DNA from: Hydrogenobaculum sp. 3684
GTDB taxonomy: Bacteria > Aquificota > Aquificia > Aquificales > Aquificaceae
Direction of reading: 5' to 3'
Assembly (NCBI RefSeq): GCF_000213785.1
Contig: NC_015557.1
Coordinates: 970,664 to 1,034,663, forward strand
Length of the DNA stretch: 64,000 nt
Shown: piece by piece, positions 1-10,295 of the stretch
Layout of the letters: the number at the start of each line of letters is the position of its first letter
Numbering within the stretch: position 1 is the stretch's first letter
Translations under genes and position numbers: made by a program
Notes under the pieces: model-generated
Told to the model about the DNA's origin: nothing
What the model saw: the letters and a program-made list of their open reading frames with translations, nothing else
Database searches by the model: none

Positions 1-252
1 GTTAGTTATGTGGCTCAGCAAGCTGACATAACAAAGGCAAAGGCTGAAAAATGTGTTAATGCTGTATTTTCTGCATTGGCAGAAAGCCTAAAGAAAAAAG
101 AAAGAACCACAATACCAGGCTTTGGTACTTTTACAGTTAGCACCAGAAAAGCCAGAACCGGCAGAAACCCAAAAACTGGCCAAGAGATAAAAATACCAGC
201 CAGAACTACCGCCGTTTGGAGACCTTCTAAAGAGCTAAAGAAATTAGGTTAA
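1..252 (+). CDS. hup: HU/IHF-family DNA-binding protein, 5'-partial (runs off the window start)
   Basis: Translation ...AEKCVNAVF...IPGFGTFTVSTRKARTGRNPKTGQEIKIPA matches the HU beta-arm signature (RNPxTGE). The frame is open to nt 1; about 4-5 N-terminal residues are missing. Confidence 0.8.
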   Translation, partial: VSYVAQQADITKAKAEKCVNAVFSALAESLKKKERTTIPGFGTFTVSTRKARTGRNPKTGQEIKIPARTTAVWRPSKELKKLG

Positions 253-262
253 CTAAATTAGT

Positions 263-290
263 GGCGGTGCTTTATGCACCGCTTCCTTAT
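263..290 (+). terminator. Rho-independent terminator after hup
   Basis: GGCGGTGC-tttat-GCACCGC hairpin followed by a T-rich tract. Confidence 0.5.
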
Positions 291-310
291 AAAGGATAAG
301 AGCAAAAACA

Positions 311-763
311 GTGAAGAAAGATTTAACAAACCTTATTAAAAGTGAAGATCTTTATCAGTCCAATGATTTTGTAAGCGAAAGAACAGCTGCTGATTATGTG
401 GCAAAATACCTTATAAGCTATATAACCATAGAACTTCAAAACCTACCAAAAGACCACTGGGAAAACACCTTAAAAACATGGTTAAAAATAATAGCTTTAG
501 CTAAAAGCCTACAAAACAACATGCAAAGGAGCATGTTTTACCAAGAAAACAAGTTTGACATGGTGATGGAAGGTATCACAGAAGATGTGATACACACAAT
601 AAACGGCTTTCAATCTATAAACTTGCTTTCTAAAGACTTCAAACCTTATGAGCTCATAAAAAAATCCCTTGAAATCATCGTAAAATATCAAAAACATCAA
701 GAATACCAACTCTTTGAAGAACCGTTTAAGTATCTATGCCAAATCTTTGATGTTAAAACCTAA
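311..763 (+). CDS. hypothetical protein
   Basis: 150-aa ORF with no recognisable motif. It overlaps the rsmA start region. Confidence 0.4.
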   Translation: MKKDLTNLIKSEDLYQSNDFVSERTAADYVAKYLISYITIELQNLPKDHWENTLKTWLKIIALAKSLQNNMQRSMFYQENKFDMVMEGITEDVIHTINGFQSINLLSKDFKPYELIKKSLEIIVKYQKHQEYQLFEEPFKYLCQIFDVKT

Positions 764-1505
764 AAAAACATTCGGTCAAAACTTCTTAAAATCAAAAAAT
801 ATAGCACACTCCATAGTAGAGCTTTTAGACACAAAAGAAGATGATACAGTCATAGAAATAGGCCCTGGGCTTGGGGCATTGACAGAGTTTTTATATCAAA
901 AGCCAAAAAAAGAGCTTATACTGGTAGAACTTGATAAAGATATTTTTGGGCTTTTAGAAAAGAAGTATGAAAATGCTACGCTTTTAAACGAAGACGCTTC
1001 TTTGGTAGATCTATCAAACTATAAAAATCTCAAGGTAATAGGAAACCTCCCTTACAACATGTATGCAAGCATACTTATAAATATGATAAATCAAGAAAAG
1101 CATATCTCAAAGATGGTTTTCATGCTTCAAAAAGAAGTGGGAGAAAGACTTATAACAGATTCCAAAGACAAATCTTGGCTTTGGGCATATGCCAACACTT
1201 ACTTTGATATACATTACGCTTTTAGTGTGCCAGGGAGGTTCTTTGAGCCTGTGCCAAAGGTTACCTCTTGTGTTTTGGTTTTTGATAAAAAAGAAGATAC
1301 TCCTTCTTTTGAAAAACAAAATTATATGGATTTTTTAAAAAAGATATTTTCCAACAGAAGAAAGATGCTAAAACATAAATTAAATATCGAAGATAAATAC
1401 GCTCTAAAAAGAGTAGAAGAACTTTCTTTAGAAGATATAAAATATATTTACAATACGCTTTCGTGCTTTAACAAAAACACTTTTACATCCACACCGGCGT
1501 TATAA
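750..1505 (+). CDS. rsmA: 16S rRNA (adenine1518/1519-N6)-dimethyltransferase RsmA/KsgA
   Basis: FGQNFL motif and SAM-binding motif IEIGPGLGALT; length is as expected for KsgA. An alternative in-frame start lies at 714. Confidence 0.85.
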   Translation: MLKPKKTFGQNFLKSKNIAHSIVELLDTKEDDTVIEIGPGLGALTEFLYQKPKKELILVELDKDIFGLLEKKYENATLLNEDASLVDLSNYKNLKVIGNLPYNMYASILINMINQEKHISKMVFMLQKEVGERLITDSKDKSWLWAYANTYFDIHYAFSVPGRFFEPVPKVTSCVLVFDKKEDTPSFEKQNYMDFLKKIFSNRRKMLKHKLNIEDKYALKRVEELSLEDIKYIYNTLSCFNKNTFTSTPAL

Positions 1506-1906
1506 CCACCTATATAATTTTTATCTTTATAAAAGCCGCTAAACACTACCCTATGACAAGGTATAAAGATAGGAAGAGGGTTTGATTTCATAGCGGTGGC
1601 TATAGTCCTTTGATGAAGGTTTAGCTTAGCACCAAGCTCTTTGTAGCTTACAACGTTTCCAAAGGTTATGTGGTTTTTAAGATACATATAAATATCTTTG
1701 TATCTATCTGGTATATAAAAGATATCTTTATTTTCTATATCTTTATTTTCTATATCTTTTTTTTCTATGAAGTATATATCAAATATATCTTTTATATCCT
1801 TTGGTATATGCTCTTTTTCATCGGATATAAAAGGTTTTATATAAAAAATCTTATCGTTTTTCATATATATGTATAGGTTAAAGTTCTGATACTTGTAAAC
1901 AAACAT
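1448..1906 (-). CDS. ogt: methylated-DNA-protein-cysteine methyltransferase (Ogt/MGMT) DNA-binding domain protein; start uncertain (1906 or 1864)
   Basis: PCHRVV active-site motif and the preceding helix-turn-helix region (SYKELGAKLNLHQRTIATAMKSNP). The N-terminal extension contains the KDIENKDIENKDI tandem repeat. Confidence 0.65.
   Translation of the reverse strand: MFVYKYQNFNLYIYMKNDKIFYIKPFISDEKEHIPKDIKDIFDIYFIEKKDIENKDIENKDIFYIPDRYKDIYMYLKNHITFGNVVSYKELGAKLNLHQRTIATAMKSNPLPIFIPCHRVVFSGFYKDKNYIGGYNAGVDVKVFLLKHESVL
1724..1768. repeat. 15-bp tandem direct repeat x3 (atctttattttctat) inside the ogt N-terminal region
   Basis: Read directly from the sequence. It encodes KDIEN repeats on the minus strand. 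Confidence 0.8.
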
Positions 1907-1920
1907 AATTTATAAAACAA

Positions 1921-1990
1921 AGCGGGCTTTTAGACCCGCCAAAGGACAAAGCTATGAAAAGCATAAAATCCCCCCACCCACTCTATCAGG
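1921..1990 (-). terminator. Two hairpins downstream of the outer-membrane-protein gene (minus-strand terminator region)
   Basis: GCGGG-n7-CCCGC and CCCCGCCACC-n-GGTGGGGGG stems, each followed by a T-rich tract on the minus strand. Confidence 0.45.
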
Positions 1991-2007
1991 TGGCGGGGAT
2001 TAAAAAC

Positions 2008-3408
2008 TTAAAATACGGTTCTTAAAGCAAGTGTGTAGTCTGTGAAGTCTTTGAGTTGATTATTGCCATTTGCGGTAGCAGCCTTTAAAGCACCATCTGG
2101 ATTTACTATTTGAGCACCCAAAGATATGTTTGCATTTTCACCATCTATATAGTAGTTAAAGAATATATCTGTCATAGATACTTTAGCATCTACAAAACCA
2201 CTACCGGTGGGGTTGGCATAGTAATTTTCGTTTTCATCTTGTTCATATCTTAGCACGAGTGCTGGTTTACCTAAACCTACATATCTATCGTATAAAAGCT
2301 GTGTTTGTAGATAATACCCTTTGGCTTCTGGTTGAGCTACATTACCGTTCTTGTCTTCTGCATATCCCAAATCCTTTTGGTCAAGCCATGCAGCTTGGAA
2401 GTTTGGCACAAAATCCCCAAACTTTTGTTCCCACAATACGTCAAATGTATATGCTCTTGCTGTGGTGGAAGAACCATTATAGCCACCAAATGCTGGAGGA
2501 CAAAATGCTTTGCCGGTGAGAGCGTCTGTTCCACATTCTATCTCTTGTTGTTGATAGGCAAAACCAAATGTCAATGTGTTTTGTTTACCAAGGAACGTAT
2601 CTTCATCTACATAACCAGGTGTACCTTTGTATCCAAGCATCGTAGGTGTAAACTCTATCCTAAAACCATATTTTAGATTGCTGTTACCGTTTTGACCTGC
2701 TTCATAATCGTATCTGCCGTTTCCAGCCATGAGATAGTACTTTATCATGGCATCTTTACCTATATCACCCCAAAGGGCTATACCAGCATCCCGAAAAGAG
2801 TTACCCACATCAGAACCAAGCGTAAATGGAACAAGTGGGTTTATGAAAGGTTTAAACTTACAAACACTATTCTTACAAGTGTAATTTGAGTTTACAGCAG
2901 AGTTTGCTTGTAAAAGATTACCACCATCAACGTTTATCTCAGATATACCTGGGTTAAAGTTCTCAAGGGGTACTATGAAAGAGTACAAATCACCAAGGCC
3001 TACCCTTGACCATGGATCTAAGAAAAGACCAGCCATAACTTGAGCTTGTGGCATAAACTTAAAGTTTATAAAAGCATCTTTTACAAGAGTATAACCCATA
3101 CCACCATGAGCTCTTGCAGAACCATCTGGAGATAAGGTGTTGTTGTCTGCAAAATCAATGTTTGAGCCAAATTGGACTATTGGGTTTATTTGGCCTGAAA
3201 AATAAAGCCCTGCGTTTTCCACCGAGAAGTTGGTGCTATTTTGGTCGTTGGTGGTAACTTTGCCATTGTTTTGAGCCCAGATGGCAAGTTTAAGACCTAC
3301 GTTTGCAAACTCGTTGTCATTTGCCTTTAATAAGATAGCATCGGCGCTATGAAGGGGTATCATAGCCATACCAAAAACTGATAGAGCTAGTAATAGCTTC
3401 TTTTTCAT
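2008..3408 (-). CDS. outer-membrane beta-barrel protein / putative porin
   Basis: N-terminal signal peptide MKKKLLLALSVFGMAMIPLHSADA; alternating beta-strand pattern; C-terminal aromatic terminus ...LALRTVF. Confidence 0.6.
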   Translation of the reverse strand: MKKKLLLALSVFGMAMIPLHSADAILLKANDNEFANVGLKLAIWAQNNGKVTTNDQNSTNFSVENAGLYFSGQINPIVQFGSNIDFADNNTLSPDGSARAHGGMGYTLVKDAFINFKFMPQAQVMAGLFLDPWSRVGLGDLYSFIVPLENFNPGISEINVDGGNLLQANSAVNSNYTCKNSVCKFKPFINPLVPFTLGSDVGNSFRDAGIALWGDIGKDAMIKYYLMAGNGRYDYEAGQNGNSNLKYGFRIEFTPTMLGYKGTPGYVDEDTFLGKQNTLTFGFAYQQQEIECGTDALTGKAFCPPAFGGYNGSSTTARAYTFDVLWEQKFGDFVPNFQAAWLDQKDLGYAEDKNGNVAQPEAKGYYLQTQLLYDRYVGLGKPALVLRYEQDENENYYANPTGSGFVDAKVSMTDIFFNYYIDGENANISLGAQIVNPDGALKAATANGNNQLKDFTDYTLALRTVF

Positions 3409-3503
3409 ACAAACCTCCTTAAGTTTTGATGCTTTTATTATAAAATAGAATTGTTAATTTTTCATTAAGATTTCATTTTTCTTTATAAGGTATATTAATT
3501 TGT

Positions 3504-5315
3504 TTATATATTTAGATGCTCTAACTTTTCTTTAAGAAGCTCTATATCATCTTCTTCGGAAAGCCCAAGATGTTCTAAGAGTTTTCCTATACTTACCCAC
3601 TTTTTTAGGACCATACCTTGGGTGATAAGCCTATCAAAAGGCTCTATATGGTCTATAAGGCCTATATCGTATAAAAACTTTTCAAAAAACCTCGAATAAA
3701 GAAGATGAAGCACCGCATGCTCTATACCGCCTATATATATATCCACATTCATCCATCTATTGGCTATATCTTTATCAAAAGGAAGCTTGTGGTTTTTGGG
3801 ATCTGTGAACCTCAAAAAATACCAAGAGGAATCAAAAAACGTATCCATAGTGTCTGTTTCTCTTCTTGCTTTGGCACCGCATTTTGGACAGGTAGTATTT
3901 ACAAAGCTCTCAGATTGTTCTAAAGGGTTTCCATGTCCTGTAAAGTTTACATCCTTTGGAAGAAGCACCGGCAAATCTTCGTAAGGCACAGGCACTATAC
4001 CGCAGTTTTGACAATGTATCATAGGTATAGGGGTTCCCCAGTAGCGCTGTCTTGATACATTCCAATCTTTTATCTTGTAAGAGATTTTTTTGGTGGCTAA
4101 GTTTTTGGCTTTTAAAAACTCTAAAATTTTTTCTTTTGCCTCATCGGAAGAAAGTCCATCAAAATCTCCAGAGTTTATAAGAATACCCTTTTCTTCGTAG
4201 GCTTTTTCATCAAAATCATGGTTGTCGTTTTGGGGTTTAACAACAGGTATTATATCGAGCTTGTAAGCTTTGGCAAAATCAAAGTCCCTTTGATCGTGAG
4301 CGGGCACTGCCATTATGGCACCTGTTCCATATTCAAAGAGGATATAATTTGCCACGTATATGGGTATTTTTTTGCCGTTGGCAGGATTTATGGCGTATAG
4401 GCCTGTAAAAACTCCTTCTTTAACAGATGCGGTACCCCTTTCTCTTGTAGATATATGAGACATTTTTTGTAAGAAATCTTTTACAGCTTGGTTTTCTTTG
4501 GACACCTCTTTGGCCAGTGGATGCTCTGGGGCTATAGCCATAAAGCTAACCCCAAATACCGTATCTATACGTGTGGTAAAAATTTCCAAATATTCAAAAT
4601 CTTTTAGCTTTGTTTCCAATGGAAACTTTACCAAAGCCCCTTCGCTTTTTCCTATCCAGTTTCTTTGTTGCATAATTACTTTTTGAGGCCATTTTCCTTC
4701 TAAAAGCTCCAGATCTTTTAAAAGCCTTTCAGCGTAATCTGTAACCTTTATATACCAAGAGGGAATTTCTTTTTGGACAATAAGAGTACCACATCGCCAG
4801 CATTTTCCATCTATTACCTGCTCGTTGGCGAGAACCGTTTGATCGTGAGGACACCAGTTCACAGTGGCGGTTTTCCTATAAACTACGCCTTTTTCATACA
4901 TCTTTAAAAAAATCCACTGATTCCATTTATAATAATCTGGATTGCAAGTGGCAATTTCTCTATCCCAATCGTAAGAAAAACCAAGAGATTTTAACTGAGC
5001 CCTCATATAATCTATGTTTTGATAAGTCCAGATATCAGGTCTTAAGTTGTTTTTTATAGCGGCGTTTTCGGCAGGCAGTCCAAAAGCATCCCATCCCATC
5101 GGATGAAGCACGTTATATCCTTCCATTCTTTTGATACGGGCTATAGCGTCTCCTATGGTGTAGTTTCTTACATGCCCCATGTGTATTTTTCCAGATGGAT
5201 ATGGGAACATCTCAAGTACGTAAAATTTGTTTACGGGTTCTTGGGTCTTAGATTCTTTTTCCCAGCGTTCTTGCCACTTTTTTTCTATGCTTTTAAAATC
5301 CATATCAATAATCAA
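3504..5315 (-). CDS. leuS: leucyl-tRNA synthetase alpha subunit (split LeuRS; ends before the KMSKS region)
   Basis: PYPSG and HMGHVRNYT (HIGH) motifs and the LeuRS editing-domain pattern. The protein stops at 603 aa after the [16 protein letters not shown] block, as in the heterodimeric Aquifex-type LeuRS. Confidence 0.88.
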   Translation of the reverse strand: MIIDMDFKSIEKKWQERWEKESKTQEPVNKFYVLEMFPYPSGKIHMGHVRNYTIGDAIARIKRMEGYNVLHPMGWDAFGLPAENAAIKNNLRPDIWTYQNIDYMRAQLKSLGFSYDWDREIATCNPDYYKWNQWIFLKMYEKGVVYRKTATVNWCPHDQTVLANEQVIDGKCWRCGTLIVQKEIPSWYIKVTDYAERLLKDLELLEGKWPQKVIMQQRNWIGKSEGALVKFPLETKLKDFEYLEIFTTRIDTVFGVSFMAIAPEHPLAKEVSKENQAVKDFLQKMSHISTRERGTASVKEGVFTGLYAINPANGKKIPIYVANYILFEYGTGAIMAVPAHDQRDFDFAKAYKLDIIPVVKPQNDNHDFDEKAYEEKGILINSGDFDGLSSDEAKEKILEFLKAKNLATKKISYKIKDWNVSRQRYWGTPIPMIHCQNCGIVPVPYEDLPVLLPKDVNFTGHGNPLEQSESFVNTTCPKCGAKARRETDTMDTFFDSSWYFLRFTDPKNHKLPFDKDIANRWMNVDIYIGGIEHAVLHLLYSRFFEKFLYDIGLIDHIEPFDRLITQGMVLKKWVSIGKLLEHLGLSEEDDIELLKEKLEHLNI

Positions 5316-5859
5316 AAAGCATCGCTTTTGCCACTTCTTTTGCCTTTTCTTTTGAAGTTAATTTTTCTAAAAGCCTAAAACCAAAAACCATAGCCGTAGC
5401 TGGACCTCTACTGCTTATAATATTTTCATCTTCTACCACAGATTCTTCTTTGTATAGATGTTCGTTAAACTCAAGCTTCACGGACGGATGAGAGGTAATA
5501 TGCTTATTTTCCACCACACCGGCATTTTTTAGCACCAAAGGACCCGCGCATATAGCGCTAACATATTTTTTCTTAGCATTCATTTGATTTATAAGGTTTT
5601 TTACCTCTTCACTCTTTTTGAGATTTTCAACACCTGTCATACCACCAGGGATTATAATCATATCGAGGTTATCTACATCATTTAGCTCATCTATGGTTAG
5701 ATCAACTTCAATTTTTACATTTCTGGCGCTTGGTATGACTTTATCTTTTACACCTACTATCAACACTTCTACACCGCCTCTTCTTAATATATCTATAGGG
5801 GCTATAGCTTCTACTTCTTCAAAACCAGGTGCCAACAACACAGCTACTTTTGCCATCAT
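5305..5859 (-). CDS. DJ-1/PfpI family protein
   Basis: AICAGP nucleophile-elbow motif and the DJ-1 fold pattern [13 protein letters not shown]. Confidence 0.8.
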   Translation of the reverse strand: MMAKVAVLLAPGFEEVEAIAPIDILRRGGVEVLIVGVKDKVIPSARNVKIEVDLTIDELNDVDNLDMIIIPGGMTGVENLKKSEEVKNLINQMNAKKKYVSAICAGPLVLKNAGVVENKHITSHPSVKLEFNEHLYKEESVVEDENIISSRGPATAMVFGFRLLEKLTSKEKAKEVAKAMLFDY

Positions 5860-6176
5860 TCCCTCCTTTTTATATCAAACTTCACTTCTTTTGCCCACTC
5901 AGGTCTTCTGTTTAACCAACTCATCATATTTTCCAAAGACCTTGAATAACAAACCTCACACATCAAAGTCCCATCATCCATTATTTTAGAGTTATCATCA
6001 CAGCATTCTGTTATGTTCCAAAATTCGTAGTTATCGTGAAGTATAAGTTTACCGCAGTTTTTACACTGGTATAGTTTATAGTTTTTGGCTTTTAGTATCT
6101 CATCAAAATTATCGTTGGTAACATCTTGCTCAAATATATTTGATAAAAACTCCAATTGCTCTTTTGAAAATTCCAT
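5856..6176 (-). CDS. hypothetical Cys-rich (zinc-ribbon-like) protein
   Basis: CKNCGK...ECCDD...CEVC cysteine pairs. The 4-nt start/stop overlaps place it in an apparent operon with the ferredoxin and PfpI genes. Confidence 0.4.
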   Translation of the reverse strand: MEFSKEQLEFLSNIFEQDVTNDNFDEILKAKNYKLYQCKNCGKLILHDNYEFWNITECCDDNSKIMDDGTLMCEVCYSRSLENMMSWLNRRPEWAKEVKFDIKRRE

Positions 6177-6186
6177 AAGCGCTATA

Positions 6187-6420
6187 CTAAGCCACTTCTT
6201 CGTGGGCTTCCGCCATCACCATTTTTATGGCATTTCTTTTTAGCATATCAGAGCATACGTATACGCAAAGAGCACATCCTTTGCATCTATTTGTAATCAC
6301 ATAAGCATGATGTTCGTTGTCATCGTACATAAGGGTGTTTGGTTCTGGACAAAAAAGCGTGCATTGTTTGCAGTTGTATTTGCTGCATTCGTCATTTATA
6401 ACCTTAGCTACATAATACAT
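6187..6420 (-). CDS. 4Fe-4S dicluster ferredoxin-like protein
   Basis: CKQCTLFCP and CKGCALCVYVC cluster motifs. Confidence 0.7.
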   Translation of the reverse strand: MYYVAKVINDECSKYNCKQCTLFCPEPNTLMYDDNEHHAYVITNRCKGCALCVYVCSDMLKRNAIKMVMAEAHEEVA

Positions 6421-6590
6421 ATCAAGCCTCCTTTGGAAATGAGATAGATATATATTATAACATTTGTTTGGTGTGTCAATATGTCTTTTGATAGTATAAG
6501 CTTTTTTTGAGCTTTTTATAAGAATATTTTTGCATTGTACCTTTATTTATGGTTTATAATTATATTCTAATACTTATGGAGGTATAGTTT

Positions 6591-6995
6591 ATGTTACATG
6601 CTTTTTTTGCGATGTTTGCTGGCACTTACGCTCTAACGGCTTTTACAACTTATCTTCTTGTGTTTACAATCCTTAAGAAAAAACCAGTTATGATTTTTGG
6701 TCTTGCAAATCATGGTTTATCGGTGATTTTTGGAATTTTAGCGGTGCTTGCTGGTTTTGGTGCCGAGAGAATATCCTATATAATGGTAAAAGCCCCGGCG
6801 CTTTTTATATTTTTACACAAGTGGATTGCCATATTCTCAGCTCTTTATCTTATAGGTACTTTTATGTATCTATGGGTAAAACAAGAGGATGCCGGTAAAT
6901 TAAAAGGTATAGCCATAGCTGTAACAGGTTTATTTTTCTGTCTACTGACAGTATTTTTAGGGCTTGATATCATATTTGATTTTGTAGCAAGATAA
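6591..6995 (+). CDS. hypothetical integral membrane protein
   Basis: Four predicted hydrophobic helices; no motif. Confidence 0.45.
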   Translation: MLHAFFAMFAGTYALTAFTTYLLVFTILKKKPVMIFGLANHGLSVIFGILAVLAGFGAERISYIMVKAPALFIFLHKWIAIFSALYLIGTFMYLWVKQEDAGKLKGIAIAVTGLFFCLLTVFLGLDIIFDFVAR

Positions 6996-7008
6996 TATAT
7001 TAAATTAA

Positions 7009-8892
7009 ATGAGTGTATTAGAACGTATAAACAGCGTATTGGATTTAAAAGAGCTTTCAAAAGAGGAATTGGAAGTTTTAGCTCGAGAAGTTAGAGAACT
7101 TATCATAGATGTAACATCCAAAAACGGGGGTCATGTGGCTCCTGGTCTTGGTGTTGTAGAGCTTACCATAGCACTTTTAAGGGTTTTTGATGTACCAAAG
7201 GATATTGTAATCTGGGATATAGGCCATCAAGCTTACCCTTGGAAGATACTAACAGATAGAAAAGATGTATTTCATACGCTTAGAAAAAAAGGTGGTATAT
7301 CTGGGTTTTTAAGAAGAGAAGAGAGTATATACGATGCTTTTGGAGCTGGGCATAGCTCTACTTCTATATCGGCAGCGGAAGGTTTTAGAGTAGCAAAAGA
7401 CCTATTAAAAGATGATTCTTATGTAGTAGCCGTTATAGGGGACGGTGCTATGACCGCAGGCATGGTATATGAAGCTTTAAACAACATAGGACACCTTCAT
7501 CATAACAAACTTATAATAATATTAAACGACAACGAAATGTCTATATCAAAAAATATAGGTGCAATATCCACATATTTAAACAAACTAATCACCGGCAGAC
7601 ACATCCAAGATACAAGAAATAAAATAAAAAATATTTTAGATAAAGCTGGGTTTGTACCAAGAAGATTTGCAAAACTTACAGAAGAATTTGTAAAGGGTTT
7701 TGCCACGCCTGGTATTTTGTTTGAAGAGCTTGGTCTGAATTACATAGGTATAATAGATGGTCACAACGAAGAAGCCCTTGAAACAACATTAGAAAACGCA
7801 AAATTTATAGATGGACCCGTGTTAATACACATTGTCACAAAGAAAGGAAAGGGCTACGAACCAGCGGAAGAAAACCCTGTGAAATGGCACGGTGTTGCCC
7901 CTTACAAAAAGGAATCTGGTGAAGCTTCAAAAATGTCTGGCGGTAAATCCTGGACCCAATGCTTTTCCGAAGCGCTTCTTAAAATAGCGGAGCTTGATGA
8001 AAAAGTGGTAGCTATAACCCCAGCCATGAAAGAGGGTTCTGGTCTTGTGGATTTTGCTAAAAAATATCCAGACAGGTTTTTTGACGTTGGCATAGCCGAA
8101 CAGCACGCTGCTACATTTTCTGCTGGGCTTGCAGCAGGGGGTTTGAAACCTGTTTTGGCTTATTATTCTACTTTTATGCAAAGAGCCTACGATCAAATAA
8201 TACACGATATAGCTCTTCAAAATCTAAACGTTGTCTTTGCAGTAGATAGAGCTGGTTTAGTAGGAGAAGATGGACCTACGCACCATGGGGTTTTTGATAT
8301 ATCGTTTTTAAATTGTATACCAAACATCGTTATATCATCTCCAAAAGACAATCTTGAGCTTTTAGACCTTCTTTACACAGCTATAAATTCCAACAAACCA
8401 TTTGTAATAAGGTATCCAAGAGGAGAAGCGGTTTTATCCAAAGAAGAAAGAGCACCAAAGCTTATAAAAATAGGTAAATGGGAAGTGTTAAAGCCTGGTA
8501 CAGATATAGCTATACTTACAAACAGTTATCTTTTGAAAGAAGCTTTAGAAGCATCTTATGAGCTTTTAGAGCATGGTATAAACATAGAAGTGGTAAATGC
8601 AAGGTTTATAAAACCTTTAGATGAAGATATGCTATTTGATATAGCAAAAAGGTTTAACACAGTTTTAACCGTTGAAGACGGAGTTTTAAAGGGTGGTTTT
8701 GGAGCCTCTGTTTTAGAGTTTTTTAACGACAATATGTTAGACGTACAACTTTATAGAATAGGTATTCCAGACAAGTTTGTAGAGCATGCTTCTCAGAAAG
8801 AGCTAAGAGAGATGTTTAACCTTACAAAAAATGGTATTAAGAAGTTCATATTAGAGAACATATTTGCATCTCAAAAGCTAAAAAACTTTTAA
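7009..8892 (+). CDS. dxs: 1-deoxy-D-xylulose-5-phosphate synthase
   Basis: 627 aa; IGHQAYPWKILTDR and GDGAMTAGMVYEALN TPP-binding motifs; transketolase-like C-terminus. Confidence 0.95.
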   Translation: MSVLERINSVLDLKELSKEELEVLAREVRELIIDVTSKNGGHVAPGLGVVELTIALLRVFDVPKDIVIWDIGHQAYPWKILTDRKDVFHTLRKKGGISGFLRREESIYDAFGAGHSSTSISAAEGFRVAKDLLKDDSYVVAVIGDGAMTAGMVYEALNNIGHLHHNKLIIILNDNEMSISKNIGAISTYLNKLITGRHIQDTRNKIKNILDKAGFVPRRFAKLTEEFVKGFATPGILFEELGLNYIGIIDGHNEEALETTLENAKFIDGPVLIHIVTKKGKGYEPAEENPVKWHGVAPYKKESGEASKMSGGKSWTQCFSEALLKIAELDEKVVAITPAMKEGSGLVDFAKKYPDRFFDVGIAEQHAATFSAGLAAGGLKPVLAYYSTFMQRAYDQIIHDIALQNLNVVFAVDRAGLVGEDGPTHHGVFDISFLNCIPNIVISSPKDNLELLDLLYTAINSNKPFVIRYPRGEAVLSKEERAPKLIKIGKWEVLKPGTDIAILTNSYLLKEALEASYELLEHGINIEVVNARFIKPLDEDMLFDIAKRFNTVLTVEDGVLKGGFGASVLEFFNDNMLDVQLYRIGIPDKFVEHASQKELREMFNLTKNGIKKFILENIFASQKLKNF

Positions 8893-9495
8893 CACTATAA
8901 AAGATAGGTTATCTTTCATACGATGTTTTTTTGACAAAATATGCTCTTTTATAGATTTAGGATCTTTTCCTGCTATATCTTCCAATACATCTTTTATATC
9001 GCATATGCCGTCTGTGGATATTAAAAAAATATCGTTTTTCTCAATGTTTCCTATCGTTTTATATAAATCTATACTCCAATTTATACCAAGGGCTTTTACG
9101 TATTTTTTATAGTTTTCTAGTTTGCTTTGGTCTTTAGTAAGTTGTATTAGGCTTTTATCACGAATAAGAAATATTTTAGAATCTCCAACATGATATACAT
9201 AGTACATCATGCTATCCAAATCGCATTTTAACACACTAAGCGTGGTACCACATATAAGCCCGTCTGCATATTTACTTAACCTATTTATAATCTCTTTGTT
9301 TATTTTATTAAAAGCATTTTCTATATCATCTAAATATTGCTCTAACACCTGTATCGCTATTTTTGAGGCAAGCTTTCCAGAGTTTTTATCTCCCATACCA
9401 TCTGCCACTGCAAATACACTATCTTGCACAAATATTTCATCGCTTTGGTAGTTCTTCTCTCCTATTATCTGCCCGCACTCGTAGATTATATTCAT
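8878..9495 (-). CDS. PP2C-family Ser/Thr protein phosphatase
   Basis: FAVADGMGD and STDG(I/L)xD metal-binding motifs. It overlaps the kinase gene by 4 nt. Confidence 0.75.
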   Translation of the reverse strand: MNIIYECGQIIGEKNYQSDEIFVQDSVFAVADGMGDKNSGKLASKIAIQVLEQYLDDIENAFNKINKEIINRLSKYADGLICGTTLSVLKCDLDSMMYYVYHVGDSKIFLIRDKSLIQLTKDQSKLENYKKYVKALGINWSIDLYKTIGNIEKNDIFLISTDGICDIKDVLEDIAGKDPKSIKEHILSKKHRMKDNLSFIVLKVF

Positions 9496-10295
9496 AAAAT
9501 CTCGTGAGTCTTTAGATATTCTCTTAGTTCCATAGCGTTTTGAAATCTTTTGTTGTAATCACACTCTAAAAGCATCTTTATAAATTCCCTTGTTTTTTGA
9601 GGTAAGTCTTCGGATATCTTATAATCGCAGTTTTTGTTTCTTTTTAACTTTGGTATATCGCTTTCTACCTCAAAAGGGTCTTTTTTTGTAAGGATATAGT
9701 GAAGCAACGCTCCCATAGAAAATATATCGCTGGCTGGATATATTTCATTTCTAAATATCTCAGGGGCTATATAGCCTACAGTACCTTTTACAGATATAAG
9801 AGATTGTCCTTTTTTTGTTTTTAAAAGCCCAAAATCCCCCAATTTCCACACAAGCCCTTTTAATATCTTTTTACCAAACACGTTATCTGGTTTTATATCG
9901 CTGTGTATATAGCCCATTTGATGTAAAAAAGCAAGGCCGTTGGTTATGTCCGTAAAAATCTTCAATACAGCCTCTTTGTTAAGATCTTGATGAGATATAT
10001 ATTCTTTTAAATTTCCAGTATCCATAAGCTCGTATATAACATACAATCTCTTTTCCTCTTTTTTATAAAGATAGCTTATCAAAGATATAATGTTTGGATG
10101 TCTTAAAAGAATAAGGGATTGGACTTCTTTCCAAAGGTACTCTATGGCATATTCATCTTTTGCTATTTTTAATGCAAACTCTTTCCATTTGTATTTGCCT
10201 TTTAAGCCCTCAACTTTGTATACTTTACCAAACTCACCTTCCCCAAGAATCCCTACTATCCTATACATATCTAAAACTATATCGCCTATTTCCAT
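9492..10295 (-). CDS. Hanks-type Ser/Thr protein kinase (kinase domain only)
   Basis: GEGEFGKV glycine loop, AL(K) lysine, HSDIKPDN catalytic loop, DFG and APE motifs. Confidence 0.8.
   Translation of the reverse strand: MEIGDIVLDMYRIVGILGEGEFGKVYKVEGLKGKYKWKEFALKIAKDEYAIEYLWKEVQSLILLRHPNIISLISYLYKKEEKRLYVIYELMDTGNLKEYISHQDLNKEAVLKIFTDITNGLAFLHQMGYIHSDIKPDNVFGKKILKGLVWKLGDFGLLKTKKGQSLISVKGTVGYIAPEIFRNEIYPASDIFSMGALLHYILTKKDPFEVESDIPKLKRNKNCDYKISEDLPQKTREFIKMLLECDYNKRFQNAMELREYLKTHEIL

Noticed and set aside
1670-1876. 68-aa plus-strand ORF, I/F/Y-rich
   Set aside because: Antisense to the ogt N-terminal region. The low-complexity translation is driven by the AT-rich tandem repeat.
2259-2889. 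Several 65-114-aa ORFs on both strands inside the outer-membrane-protein gene
   Set aside because: Embedded in, or antisense to, a 466-aa ORF with a signal peptide and beta-barrel C-terminus. No independent support.
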